This document shows, one piece after another, positions 49,864 to 59,936 of a DNA stretch of 64,000 bases (positions within the stretch are counted from its first letter, which is position 1; each line of letters opens with the position of its first letter). The DNA is from an uncultured delta proteobacterium (GTDB taxonomy: Bacteria > Myxococcota_A > Polyangia > Fen-1088). Made by a program: the position numbers and the translations under genes. The DNA lies in the NCBI GenBank assembly GCA_963767925.1, contig CAVYGB010000010.1, forward strand, positions 992,001 through 1,056,000, in the 5' to 3' direction. The notes beneath the pieces were generated by a model that was given only the letters and a program-made list of their open reading frames with translations, made no database searches and was not told where the DNA came from.

Positions 49864-51122
49864 GAGGCCCCCCAGAACGACACAATCGCCTGCAGCGGCA
49901 GGCGCTTCTTGCTCTCGGCGGGCAGGTCCTTGAGCAGGGCCGTCACCTCGTCCCAGCGCCGCTGGCGAAAGGCCAGGTCGGCCCGATACGACAGCAGGGT
50001 CTGGCGGGGCAGGCCCAGCGCCTCGGCCTTGTCGAAGTGGGCCGCCGCCTCCTCGAGGTGGCCCCCCGACGCCTTCATCCGTCCGAGCAGGAAGCAGAGG
50101 CCGGCGTCGGCGGGCAGCTCCTCGGCGGCCTGGTGGGCGTGTTTCAGCCCGCCGGTGAGCACGTGGGCCAGCACCTCGCCCTGGGCCAGGCCGAGGTAGA
50201 CCAGCTCCCAGTGCTCCTGGGCCAGCCGCTTGTGCAGGCTGCCGTGGGCCGGCTTGGGGGCCTCGGCCAGGCGGCCGTTGAGCTCCTTGATGTTGCCGTA
50301 AATGGTGCGCTCCTTTCCGTCGAGCAGGGCGTAGGCGAGCAAGCGAACGTCGTCGACCGGGTCGCGCAGGGCCACCTGCAAGATGGGCACGGCATACTGG
50401 TCGGCGAGCTGGCGGGTGGCCATCACCGCCCGCACGCGGGCCGCGGTCTCGGCGGCGTGGCGGATCACGCCCACCAGCCCCACCACCCCGTAGATGGGCT
50501 GCGAGGAGACGATGAGCGGGCGGTAGGGCAGATCGGGGATGTGGGTCATGACCAGCGGCGCCTCCTGCCGGTGCTTGTGGGGCAGCAACATCGGCAAGAC
50601 CAGCCCCACCGCCAGCCCCAGGGCCCCCAGCAGCGGGAGGAAGAAGATCACGATGCACAGGGAGGGGTAGGCGGTGTAGCGCCGCCGGCGCAGCAGGCGG
50701 GGCATCCAGCGGAAGATGGCCAGCCCCGAGATCAGCGTCCCCGCCCCGTGCAGGGCGAGGAAGGCGTACAGGGGGTGGTCGGCCACCAGTTCGAGCATGA
50801 GGGTCATGGTGGCGAGCACCTCGCAGAACAGCCCCAGCACGTAGAGGGGTCCGGGCGAGCCCAGCGCGACCGCGCCCATCACCTTGTCGAGCTGCTCGGA
50901 GCCGGGCCCGCCGTCCTCCTCCTCGTCTGGGTCGGGCGGCGGCTTGCTCTTCTCGTCGGGGGCGTTGCGCTTGGGCGCCTCGGAGGCCTTGCCCTTGTCC
51001 TCCGCGGGCGCCCTGGCGTCCTTGTCCGCCGGGGGCTTCCCCTCGGTCGGCGGGGCGGGGGGGTGGGGATCGGAGGGCGGCTCGGCGGGGGGCGGGTGGG
51101 GCTGGGGGTCGAGGGGGTTCAC
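49860..51122 (-). CDS. pelE: PelE-like membrane/TPR protein
   Basis: TM helices, LRDPVDDVRLLAYALLD, WELVYLGLAQG; position between pelD and pelF with GTGA overlaps. Confidence 0.88.
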   Translation of the reverse strand: MNPLDPQPHPPPAEPPSDPHPPAPPTEGKPPADKDARAPAEDKGKASEAPKRNAPDEKSKPPPDPDEEEDGGPGSEQLDKVMGAVALGSPGPLYVLGLFCEVLATMTLMLELVADHPLYAFLALHGAGTLISGLAIFRWMPRLLRRRRYTAYPSLCIVIFFLPLLGALGLAVGLVLPMLLPHKHRQEAPLVMTHIPDLPYRPLIVSSQPIYGVVGLVGVIRHAAETAARVRAVMATRQLADQYAVPILQVALRDPVDDVRLLAYALLDGKERTIYGNIKELNGRLAEAPKPAHGSLHKRLAQEHWELVYLGLAQGEVLAHVLTGGLKHAHQAAEELPADAGLCFLLGRMKASGGHLEEAAAHFDKAEALGLPRQTLLSYRADLAFRQRRWDEVTALLKDLPAESKKRLPLQAIVSFWGAS

Positions 51123-52471
51123 GCCGCCGCCTCGCTGCCCACGTCGAGCGCCTGGCACAGCTCGTTGAACATCGCCTCGGCGTCGTCCCTGGCGCCGATG
51201 ACCCGGGTGCGGGTGTCGAGCCCCGCGGTGAGCAGGTCGGAGCCGTAGCGCTCCTGCACCATCCGGCGCAGGCGGCCCAGGTAGCCGTCGGCGCCGCGCT
51301 CGTCGGTGAAGGGCATCAACATGAAGACCCGGGTCTCGCCCTGGCGGCTGCGCAGGACCAGCGCCTGGTCCAGCCCCCGCCGCTGGCCGAGGATCTGCTG
51401 GGCCAGGGCCTCGGCCCGCTCGCTGCGCGAGAAGGCCATCGCCACCAGCACCGCTGGCAGGTCGAAGCGCGAGCGGTCCACCACCGCCCGCTCGAGGTTG
51501 ACGAGGAAGGAGGCGCGGGTGGAGTCGTCGGCGCTCGACCAGCCCGCGCCGTAGGCCAGGATGTCGCCCACGTGCCCGCCCAGCACCGCCAGCAGCTTGA
51601 GGTTGTCGGCGTGGAAGGCCACGAAGAGCATCTCCCGCACCGCCAGGATGGCCCACAGGCGGCCCCGCGAGTCGGCGAAGGGGATCGCCGCCAGGAGCTG
51701 GGTGCCCCGCTCGGCCGGGCTCATCTCCGGGCGCACGCTGCACAGGGCGAGCCGATCCAGGCACTGGTTCACCAGCGGGTCGTCGGCGGTGATCTTCTCC
51801 GCCTTGCCCATGGTGGACACCGACTTGGGATCGATGTTGCCCTTCTCGTCGACGCTGAACAGGGCGGCCGTCTGCACCCAGCCGTAGTGGGAGAAGAGGG
51901 CCAGGATGGCCCCCTCGATCCCCAGCAGGGGCCGGCCGGGCTGCTTGGCCGCCAGGAGCTGCCGGCGCAGGGTCTGCAGGGCCTCGCGCAGGTTCTGGGT
52001 GCCGCCCGCCACCTTCTGCTCGAGGGCGTCGTGCGACACCTTGAGGACGTGGTAGGCGCGGGCGAACTCGTCGAGCCGGAGCCGCCGGAAGTTCGACATG
52101 ACCGACTGGCGGCGCACCCGCCGGATCCAGACGTCGGCGAACTCGCCGGCCAGCATGCCGGTGACCAGCAACCCCACCGCGAACTGCGAGGGGAACTCGG
52201 GGATGTGCATCCACTGCCGGCGCCAGGCCGCCACCAGCAGCACGATGATGCCGAGCGCGCAGCCGAAGCCGTGGGCAAAGCCGTAGCGCAGCCCCATGAG
52301 CAGGGGCCCCAGGCAGGACCAGGAGAAGGTCTCCTTCGTGAAGAAGGGATCCTCCGGGCGCAGCCAGTAGCCGATGATCACCGTGCCGATGGTGACCACC
52401 CCGGTCTCGATCGCCGCCAGCCAGACCGGCGGCGGACGCGCCTCGAGCTCAGGCTCTGCTGCTGCCGCCAT
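51119..52471 (-). CDS. pelD: c-di-GMP receptor PelD
   Basis: PLLMGLRYG, EFARAYHVLKVSHDALEQ, GAF, RRGLD (RxxD I-site), LMPFT. Confidence 0.92.
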   Translation of the reverse strand: MAAAAEPELEARPPPVWLAAIETGVVTIGTVIIGYWLRPEDPFFTKETFSWSCLGPLLMGLRYGFAHGFGCALGIIVLLVAAWRRQWMHIPEFPSQFAVGLLVTGMLAGEFADVWIRRVRRQSVMSNFRRLRLDEFARAYHVLKVSHDALEQKVAGGTQNLREALQTLRRQLLAAKQPGRPLLGIEGAILALFSHYGWVQTAALFSVDEKGNIDPKSVSTMGKAEKITADDPLVNQCLDRLALCSVRPEMSPAERGTQLLAAIPFADSRGRLWAILAVREMLFVAFHADNLKLLAVLGGHVGDILAYGAGWSSADDSTRASFLVNLERAVVDRSRFDLPAVLVAMAFSRSERAEALAQQILGQRRGLDQALVLRSRQGETRVFMLMPFTDERGADGYLGRLRRMVQERYGSDLLTAGLDTRTRVIGARDDAEAMFNELCQALDVGSEAAA

Positions 52472-52480
52472 GCCCTACCG

Positions 52481-53038
52481 TCACTTGAGCTCCAGCTCCT
52501 TGAGGAGCGCCTTGAGGAGCTCCTGAGCGGTCCCCGCCAGGGTGTCCCGCCCCCACCCCGCCCGGGCCCCCGACGCCGACCAGACCACCCTCTGCGACGG
52601 CAGATCCACGACCTGCACGCTGAGGCCGACCGCCGGCTCGCCGTCGAGCCCGTTGCGGTAGCGCCACTCCTCGACGCTGCCGGTGACCCCGTAGAGAAAG
52701 CCCCGCTCCTTGGCCCAGCGGAGGGCCATCTCGGCCCGCCGGCGCTCGTCGAGCTCGGGCAGCACCCCCACCGTCTCGGCCGGCGGGGCGTAGCCGGCGA
52801 TGTCCCCCAGCCCGCGGGCCCGCAGCAAGGTGGCGAGGATCGACTCGGCCTTCTCCCCCGCCTGGGGGGTCTCGGTCTGGTTGCGCAGGGGGAGCAAGAC
52901 CCAGCGGCTGCGCTTGTCGAGGGCCGGTCCCCGCTGGATCTCTCGCACCACGCAGCCCGGGAGCACGAGCAGCGGTACCAACCCGAGCAGGAGCAGGCCG
53001 GCCAGGTGGCGTCGGGTTTTAGTACCAGGCGATGACAT
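52481..53038 (-). CDS. pelC: Lipoprotein PelC
   Basis: Lipobox LPGC, NQTETPQAG, GSVEEWRYRNGLDGEPAVG. Confidence 0.93.
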   Translation of the reverse strand: MSSPGTKTRRHLAGLLLLGLVPLLVLPGCVVREIQRGPALDKRSRWVLLPLRNQTETPQAGEKAESILATLLRARGLGDIAGYAPPAETVGVLPELDERRRAEMALRWAKERGFLYGVTGSVEEWRYRNGLDGEPAVGLSVQVVDLPSQRVVWSASGARAGWGRDTLAGTAQELLKALLKELELK

Positions 53039-56000
53039 ATCGAAGCTCCAGGCCGCGTTCGGTTTCTCCCGCGCGGCCGCTCTGGCTGCGGGACAGGAAC
53101 AGGCGGCCGCCCAGGTCGTGGCCGGGCAGGAACCTCCAGTGGAGGACGCCGTCGCCGCGGAGGGCGAGCTGGCCCGCCGGCAGCAGCCAGCCGGCCGAGA
53201 GGTCCAGGCCCCAGGAGAAGACCGAGACCGGCATCGGCACCAGGCCGAGGTCGCCGGTGCCGAGCGAGATCCCGGTCGAGAAGGCCGCGTAGCGACCGGG
53301 CAAGATCGCGTCCATGGTGACGCCGGGGGCGAGCCGCATCGCCAGCGCCGCCGGGACCTCGGCGGCCCGCTGGTTGGCGGAGGCCGCTGCCTGCAGGTAG
53401 GCCCGCAGGCTGGGCGACCCCGACAGCAGCAGGTGGCTGGCGTCGACCAGCAGGCCGCCGCCCCGGGCCAGCCACTCGCCGTCGATGGTCGTGTCCCGGC
53501 GCAGATCGAAGATGGCCCGCACCTGCTCGCGCCGGGTCAGCCCCAGATCGAAGGCGGCGGCCAGGCGATCCCGCCGGCCAAAGGCCCGCATGATGGCCCC
53601 CTCCTGGGTCCCCCCGTGGGAGAAGCCAAGCGAGACGAGCGAGCCGGGCCCCAGCTCGGGCAGCCGCATCCCTCCCTCGATCTCCGCCAGCAGGGCGGGG
53701 CCGCCCGGCAGAGCCTCGACACCCAGGCGCAGCTCGGCCATGAGGAGCTTGTCGTCGTGGATCGCGACGACCTCGACCTGGCCCCGGCTCTCGGCGCTCC
53801 CCAGCAGCAAGGCTCCCGAGGCCGGCAGCAGGCGCAGGTGGCTGGCGCTGAGGCCGACCCTCCCTCCGGTCCAGGGACCGGGCCCCTCGTAGCTGGCCTC
53901 CTGCTGGAGGACATCGAGGGCGCCCACCGCCTCGACCAGCAGGCGGGCCCGCACCCGATCGTCGTCGGCCCGGCCCAGCTCGCGGGCGTGGTCCTGCAGG
54001 GCCAGCTTCTCGTCGCGCGGGCGCTCGCCCATGAGGCCGTCGGCCACCACCCGGCGGGCGGCGGCCTGCAGGCCCAGCGTGCGCAGCACCGTCACCTGGT
54101 CGCCGATGGGCAGGTTCTTGCCCTCGTAGGCCAGGAGGGCGGCCAGGGTCTCATGGTCGTTCTCGGCCAGGGCCATCGCCAGGCGCACCGAGAGGGGCGG
54201 CCGGGGCAGCTCGCCCTCGTCCTTGCGCCGCCACAGCCAGCGGCGGGCGGCGGCGGTGTTGTCCCGGGCCAGCTCGATGTCGAGGGCCAGCGCCTGCACG
54301 TCGGCGTCGTGGCTGGCTCGCCGCACGAGCGCCCTCGTGACCCGGGCGGCCGCCCGGTTGCCGCGCAGGTGGCGCAGCAGGCGGGCGTAGGCCACCACCG
54401 GCTCGGCCGAGACCATGCCATGGCTGACGCCCTCGCTGTCGATCGAGAAGGCTCCCCGCTCCTTGGCCGGGGTGCTGGCCCAGGCCTCCAGCACCGGCTC
54501 GACCGCCTGCCGCCGGCCCCGGAGGACCTGCTCGCGCAGGCGGAGGGCGCCGTCGGCCCGCCCGGCCCGGGAGAGGGCGTCGGCGTAGGACTCCAGCCAG
54601 CCCAGGTCGCGGGGGCGGGTGCGGGCCTCGATCTCGTAGAACGGCAGGGCCTCGTCGAGGCGGCCCAGGCGATCGAGGCCGGCGGCGAAGACCCGGGCGT
54701 AGGCCGGATCGGTGAGGGCCATCTCCCACCAGGCGGTGAGGAGCTGGGCCAGGCGCTCGCGCCGGTCGTGCTCGAGGGCGAAGGCCAGCCAGCCCATGCG
54801 GGCCTCGCGCGACATCGGGTTGAGCTCGAGGGCCGTGCGGTAGCAGGTCTCGACCTCGGCGTAGCGGTCCTTCCAGCTCATGAGCCCGGCCCGCAGCAGC
54901 CAGAAGTGCTCGATGTCCTTGAACACCGCGAGGCGCTGCTCGGCCAGGTCGGTCAACCCCTCCAGCTCGGGATACAGGTGGGCGTCGGCCGCGGTCTGCA
55001 TGCCCATCAGCAGGAAGTTCGGGTTGCCCGTGTCGATCCAGGCCTGGCGGGCCACCACCATCAGCTCGCGTCGCTGGCCGATGCGCCCGAGGATCTGCAG
55101 CAGCCGCCCCACCTCGGACGACTCCATCTTGCGGGCGGCCCACAACATGCGCAGGGCGGCCAGGGCGTCGGCCTGCTCGTCGCGGATCCAGGCCTGCTCG
55201 GCCAGGCTGCGCCAGTAGTCGAGGTCCTCGGGCCGGGCGAGGGGGCGGGCGTCCTTGATGATCTTCCAGACCAGGTCGGGCTTGCCCAGCCGGTAGGCCA
55301 GCTCGGCCTGGCGCATGACGTCCCCGATGCGGCGGCCGAAGCGCCGGCCCACCTCGTCCCAGACCTCGATCTCCTTCTCGTCCTCGGCGGCCCCGTCGTA
55401 GAGCCGGGCCAGCAGCTCCCAGGTGCGGCGCTCGCCGGGGTTGCCCCAGCGGTGCACGGCCAGCGCCGCCTCCAGGGGATCGGCCAGCGACTCGTAGGCC
55501 CGGGTCAGCTCGAGCAGCTCCTCGTAGGTCAGCCCACGCAGCTCGGCCTTCAGGCTGAACAGCTCGACGATCTTGTCCCAATCGAGCAGGGGGCGGGCCA
55601 GGGCCAGCGAGCGATCGAGGGCGGCCAGATCCCCCCGCCGGGCCAGCCAGGTCCAGCTCTCGAGCGAGGCGATGAGATCCCCCGACCAGCCCGCGATCTC
55701 GGCCAGGCGCCGCCGCTCGCCGTGATCCCGGGGCCGCAGCCGCACGAGGGCCTCGGCCGCCCGCATGGCGTCGTCGTTGCGGCCGCGGGCCAGGGCCAGA
55801 TCGCGCATCTGCCGCTGGGTGAAGACGTCTTCGGGGGCGATGGCCGCCAGGAGCTGGGCGTAGTGCAGGGCCAGCTCGAGGTCCGAGATCGAGAGGGCCA
55901 GCTTGAGGCCCCGGGTGATGAGCGCGCGGCCTCCCCCCAGCTTGGTCCGCATCTCCTCGAGCAGCTTGAGGGCGTCCCGGGTCCGGTTGCCGGCCACCAG

Positions 56001-56765
56001 CGCGTCGACCGCCCGGTTGGCCAGGGCCACCGCCCGGCCGGGGAAATCCCGCCGGGCCAGGGCGGCCTCACGCAGGGCCTGGGCGGCCAGGGCGTGTTCG
56101 CCGGCGGAGAGGTACCAGGTCCCGGCCAGCTCGAGGTAGTCGTCGCGCCGGCCGCGCACGAAGCTGGCCAGGCGGAGGTAGATGCGCGCCGCCTGTCCGG
56201 GCTGATCGAGGCTGAGGCTGAGGCGGGCCAGCCGCTCGAGGGCGGGGGCCGAGATGCGCGAGGCGAGCAGCCGCTCCCGGCGGGCGATGAGGGCGTCGAG
56301 GGCGTCTTCGCGGGCTTCGATGTCCCCGGCGCGGACGGCGTAAAAACGCCGCTCCTCCACGTCGAGGGCGAGCAGATCCGCCTCCAGCATGGTCACCCGC
56401 TCGGGGGTCAGCAGCGGCTGCAAGTACTTCATCGCCTCTTTGAGCAGCGACAGCGACAGGAGCTGCCGGACCAGGGCCAGGCGGGGGCCCGGATCGTTGG
56501 GGCGGACCTTCACGATGGCCCGCAGGTAGGCCACCGAGACGCCGTCGGCCCGGGCGTTGTAGCGGGGGTCGTTGTAGTTCTCCCCCGGAAACAGCATCAC
56601 CAGGACGAACCCCATCGCCAGGAACAACATCACCATCGTCGAGGGGCGCAGCAGGCTGCGCTGCCCCTCGCCGCCCCAGGGGCTGGGCGGGGCGGGATGT
56701 TTGACCGCCCCGGTCCCGGTGGGGGGCGCCGGCTTGGGCGTATCAGGGGCAGGTGACCGTGACAT
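53019..56765 (-). CDS. pelB: TPR/outer-membrane porin PelB
   Basis: DGVSVAYLRAI, long TPR region, beta-rich C-terminus; position between pelA and pelC. Confidence 0.82.
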   Translation of the reverse strand: MSRSPAPDTPKPAPPTGTGAVKHPAPPSPWGGEGQRSLLRPSTMVMLFLAMGFVLVMLFPGENYNDPRYNARADGVSVAYLRAIVKVRPNDPGPRLALVRQLLSLSLLKEAMKYLQPLLTPERVTMLEADLLALDVEERRFYAVRAGDIEAREDALDALIARRERLLASRISAPALERLARLSLSLDQPGQAARIYLRLASFVRGRRDDYLELAGTWYLSAGEHALAAQALREAALARRDFPGRAVALANRAVDALVAGNRTRDALKLLEEMRTKLGGGRALITRGLKLALSISDLELALHYAQLLAAIAPEDVFTQRQMRDLALARGRNDDAMRAAEALVRLRPRDHGERRRLAEIAGWSGDLIASLESWTWLARRGDLAALDRSLALARPLLDWDKIVELFSLKAELRGLTYEELLELTRAYESLADPLEAALAVHRWGNPGERRTWELLARLYDGAAEDEKEIEVWDEVGRRFGRRIGDVMRQAELAYRLGKPDLVWKIIKDARPLARPEDLDYWRSLAEQAWIRDEQADALAALRMLWAARKMESSEVGRLLQILGRIGQRRELMVVARQAWIDTGNPNFLLMGMQTAADAHLYPELEGLTDLAEQRLAVFKDIEHFWLLRAGLMSWKDRYAEVETCYRTALELNPMSREARMGWLAFALEHDRRERLAQLLTAWWEMALTDPAYARVFAAGLDRLGRLDEALPFYEIEARTRPRDLGWLESYADALSRAGRADGALRLREQVLRGRRQAVEPVLEAWASTPAKERGAFSIDSEGVSHGMVSAEPVVAYARLLRHLRGNRAAARVTRALVRRASHDADVQALALDIELARDNTAAARRWLWRRKDEGELPRPPLSVRLAMALAENDHETLAALLAYEGKNLPIGDQVTVLRTLGLQAAARRVVADGLMGERPRDEKLALQDHARELGRADDDRVRARLLVEAVGALDVLQQEASYEGPGPWTGGRVGLSASHLRLLPASGALLLGSAESRGQVEVVAIHDDKLLMAELRLGVEALPGGPALLAEIEGGMRLPELGPGSLVSLGFSHGGTQEGAIMRAFGRRDRLAAAFDLGLTRREQVRAIFDLRRDTTIDGEWLARGGGLLVDASHLLLSGSPSLRAYLQAAASANQRAAEVPAALAMRLAPGVTMDAILPGRYAAFSTGISLGTGDLGLVPMPVSVFSWGLDLSAGWLLPAGQLALRGDGVLHWRFLPGHDLGGRLFLSRSQSGRAGETERGLELRYVIAWY

Positions 56766-59595
56766 CCCCGCTCTCCTTCCCCGCAAACCCCAGCTCGATG
56801 GTATCACCCTTGACGGTGAGGCGGGCCTTCGGCCCCGCCTGCACCCGGGGCGCTCCCCGGGGGCAGCCCGCCAGCGCCGCCTGCAAGGGCAGGTCGGCGG
56901 CGAGGCGCACCTTCAGCTCACCCCCGCTGCGGCGGTGGGAGATCACCCGACCGTTGACCCAGGCCAGGTAGGGGACCGTCGGCGGCTCGGGCCGGAAGCG
57001 CAGCCGCACCCGTTCGCCGCCGCTGAAGCTGGCGTAGCGGCCCTGGGGCGCCGCCCGCAGGACCGTGACCGGGCTCTGTCCGTCGAGCTCGGGCCAGCCC
57101 AGCCGCTCGTCGAACCGGACCGTGCGCAGCCCCTGGATCCGCCGGAGCTCCCAGCCCCCGTCGAGGGTGCGAGCCAGGGTGGCCCGCTGGAACTCCTCCA
57201 CCTTGCGGGCGTAGTCGCTGAGGTAAAGCGGGATGATCTCCTGGGCCAGGGACCAGTCGTAGAGCGTGCGCAGGGCCGAGACGCCGGCCGGCTTGGCCCC
57301 CGAGTAAAAGTGGTAGTAGAGCGAGATCGGCTTGATCCGGCGGGGCGTCTCGGTGTGGGCGAACACGTCGACCGCGCGCCGGTAGCCGTAAAACGGCCCG
57401 TGCCAGAGGTTGGTGAAGTTGTTCTCGTTGGGGTGGGCGGCGTAGACCTGATAGGAGTCCGGAAAGGGGATGCCGAGGCAGGTCACGTGGGTCAGCGAGA
57501 CGACCCCGTGGCCCACGGTGCCCACGCTGGCTCCGTTGACGTTGAACAGGCCGATCCGCTTGGTGATGCCCACCGCCTTGGCGCTGGGCTGGGCGCTGCC
57601 GCTCCAGAGGAAGACCTCGGTGCGCTTGCCGGGCGGCAGCAGGCGTTCGTTGATGTAGGCCACCGAGCCGGCGATGTCCCGCTCGAGGCTGAAGACGTAG
57701 CCCGGGATGGGCAGGTGGGCCTTGTCGTGGTGGCTGGCCGCCCGATGGAGCTCGGCCGCGTCCCAGTCGAAGGGGTGGCTGTAAGCGTGGCTGGCCGCCT
57801 CGACGAAGGGCAGCCGGAACATCTGCCGGGCGATCCCCTCGAGCTTGGGCGACAGATCGGGGTAGAGGCCGGTCGGCGCGACCTCCCCCTCGATGACCGA
57901 CACCGTGGTGGGGACGGGGTAGCGCAGGAGGATCTCCTCGTGGATGACCTCGCTGGCGTACTTCCGCTGCGGCATCTCCGAGATGTTGAGGAAGCCGTCG
58001 CCGTCGATGTGGCTGGTGAAGATGCGGCGGCCGTTCTCCGTGGTGGGGTCGAGCATCGGCAGCGGTGGCAGGGCCAGGGCCGAGGCCAGGAAGACGAAGG
58101 GCTCGAGGATCCAGCGGTTGCGGCCCTCCATGCCCGGCTCGATCACGAAGGGATCGAAGGCCAGCCCGCCCCAGGGGGTGGTGAGGATCGGATGGGCCCG
58201 GCCGCCGTCGCTGTTGACCAGCTCGAGGTGGACCTTCATCCCCTCGGCGCCCGGACGGGCCCGCAGCGCCACCAGGTCCCGTCCGGTCGCCACCGGCTGG
58301 GCCTCGAACCCCACGGCGCCGTCGCGCCGGGCGAACTGGACCGCCCCCTCGAGCGTGCCGGTGCCGACGAGCTGCAGGCCCAGGCGCAGCAGCAGGGCGG
58401 CGTCGACGGCGAACCCGGGCCGCCCCACCATCACGACCTTCACCCCGGCGTCGAGGTTGCGCAGCAGCCAGGCCCGGTAAAGATGGGGCGAGGGCAAGGT
58501 GTCGTCGGTCAGCAGGGTCACGATGGCGGCGTAGGTCTCCTCGAGCCGCCCGGGCAGCAGCGGACCGGAGGCGTCGAGGTAGTCGACGGCGTAGCCGTAA
58601 TATTCGAGCGGGAGGGCCAGCAGGCGGTGGGCGGGCGAGTTGTGCAGCTCCGCCTCCTTGCTGTCGTAGACCACCAGGGCCCGGCGGGGCACCACCTCGA
58701 TCGAGCCCATCCCGAGGCGATCGAGCTCGGGCGGAGCCACCCAGGGGGAGAAGCCGAGGGCGGCGACCCGGCCGGCCAGCTCGCGGTCCCGCTTGCGGGC
58801 CGGGCTGGCGTCCTGGCCGGGCAAGGGGGCGGGGACCTGCTCGACGATCACGATCGGGAGATCGCGCCGGGCGGTCAGCGCCCGCAGGGTCTCGACCTGG
58901 CGATCCCGCTCGGCCACCGGCACCTGGACGAAGCGGTGGGCGACGCTGTCGAAGCGCTCGAACAGGGGGCCCAGCACCAGGCCGCTGGCGAGGCCTTGCA
59001 CCTGCGGCGCCAGGGCCAGCCCGCCCTGGAACAGCAGCTTGCATCCCGGCAGGGCCCGGGCCAGCTCGGGCAGGAAGGCCTGCAGGGCCTCGAGCCGCCG
59101 CGCGCGATCTTCGGAGGCGGGCAAGGCGTCCTCGTAGCCGTCGAGCGCGCCGAGCAGGAACCCCCGGTAGCCGCGCGCGCGCAGGGCGCGGCCTTGCTCG
59201 ATCACGAAGCGTTGCCAGCCCGGCTGGGCCGGATCCATGACCCGGGTCCGGCGGGCGGTCGTGTTGCCGAGCTTCCAGGCGGGATCGATCGATCCGAACC
59301 AGGGGCGATGCTCTGCCGCCTGGCCCACGTCGAGGTGAGCAAAGACCTCGACGCCCCCTTCCAGCAGGTCCCGCAGCTCCTGTGCGCCGGTCCGGTCGGG
59401 ATCGACGACGACGCGATCGAAGGCGAGCAGCGAGCGCGCCGGCAGATGCTGCCCGTAATAAAAGGCGGTCGTCGGCCCGGCGGCGGCCCAGGCTGGAGAC
59501 AGAGCAACCGCGGTGATGACGCTGACGCTTAAGTTTGCGAGAGCCCGCCCGACCCAACGGCCGACGCAAGGCCTCACCGACACGACCCGGAACAT
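56743..59595 (-). CDS. pelA: PelA hydrolase/deacetylase
   Basis: AFYYG, IEVVPRR, DPTTENGRR, HIDGDGF, ASHAYSHPF, NENNFTNLWHGPFYG, TETPRRIKPISLYYHFYS; SD AGAGG before ATG 59595. Confidence 0.93.
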   Translation of the reverse strand: MFRVVSVRPCVGRWVGRALANLSVSVITAVALSPAWAAAGPTTAFYYGQHLPARSLLAFDRVVVDPDRTGAQELRDLLEGGVEVFAHLDVGQAAEHRPWFGSIDPAWKLGNTTARRTRVMDPAQPGWQRFVIEQGRALRARGYRGFLLGALDGYEDALPASEDRARRLEALQAFLPELARALPGCKLLFQGGLALAPQVQGLASGLVLGPLFERFDSVAHRFVQVPVAERDRQVETLRALTARRDLPIVIVEQVPAPLPGQDASPARKRDRELAGRVAALGFSPWVAPPELDRLGMGSIEVVPRRALVVYDSKEAELHNSPAHRLLALPLEYYGYAVDYLDASGPLLPGRLEETYAAIVTLLTDDTLPSPHLYRAWLLRNLDAGVKVVMVGRPGFAVDAALLLRLGLQLVGTGTLEGAVQFARRDGAVGFEAQPVATGRDLVALRARPGAEGMKVHLELVNSDGGRAHPILTTPWGGLAFDPFVIEPGMEGRNRWILEPFVFLASALALPPLPMLDPTTENGRRIFTSHIDGDGFLNISEMPQRKYASEVIHEEILLRYPVPTTVSVIEGEVAPTGLYPDLSPKLEGIARQMFRLPFVEAASHAYSHPFDWDAAELHRAASHHDKAHLPIPGYVFSLERDIAGSVAYINERLLPPGKRTEVFLWSGSAQPSAKAVGITKRIGLFNVNGASVGTVGHGVVSLTHVTCLGIPFPDSYQVYAAHPNENNFTNLWHGPFYGYRRAVDVFAHTETPRRIKPISLYYHFYSGAKPAGVSALRTLYDWSLAQEIIPLYLSDYARKVEEFQRATLARTLDGGWELRRIQGLRTVRFDERLGWPELDGQSPVTVLRAAPQGRYASFSGGERVRLRFRPEPPTVPYLAWVNGRVISHRRSGGELKVRLAADLPLQAALAGCPRGAPRVQAGPKARLTVKGDTIELGFAGKESGDVTVTCP

Positions 59596-59890
59596 ACGAC
59601 CTCTACTTCCGTCGTCCGAGCGGGGCCGCATCTTGAGTCGCCATGAGGGGTTACACGAGCACAACGCACCCACACGCGCGGGCTCGGAGCCCGGGTTGCG
59701 CGCCGGGCGACCGCCTGTTGCGCGGCGACGGGCGCCGCGCAGGGGCAGGCGCGCGCGGCCTTGTCCAGTTATTTTTCCCCCGGTGTGGACCGGTGGAGCG
59801 GTGAACAGAGGACGGACAGGCGGGAGGGAGCAGGTCGTGCGAAACAAGGCGAGCGTCAGGCGGGTAGCGGCGCTACCTTCGGGAGCGTTG

Positions 59891-59919
59891 TTGACAAAGG
59901 TGGGCGTCGTTCGTAGGTT
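59891..59919 (+). promoter_or_regulatory. Sigma70-type promoter for ribA
   Basis: TTGACA-17 nt-TAGGTT, 17 nt before ATG 59937. Confidence 0.65.
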
Positions 59920-59936
59920 TCCCCCGGTTTCGGGCC

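Noticed and set aside
14515..56756. Giant antisense ORFs (14515-18726, 26356-30228, 29739-33902, 36817-40959, 52800-56756)
   Set aside because: Stop-poor shadows of real genes in high-GC DNA, with no motifs
59600..59936. FMN or c-di-GMP riboswitch between pelA and ribA
   Set aside because: No recognisable consensus; the ribA promoter leaves a leader too short for one. An Rfam scan would settle it
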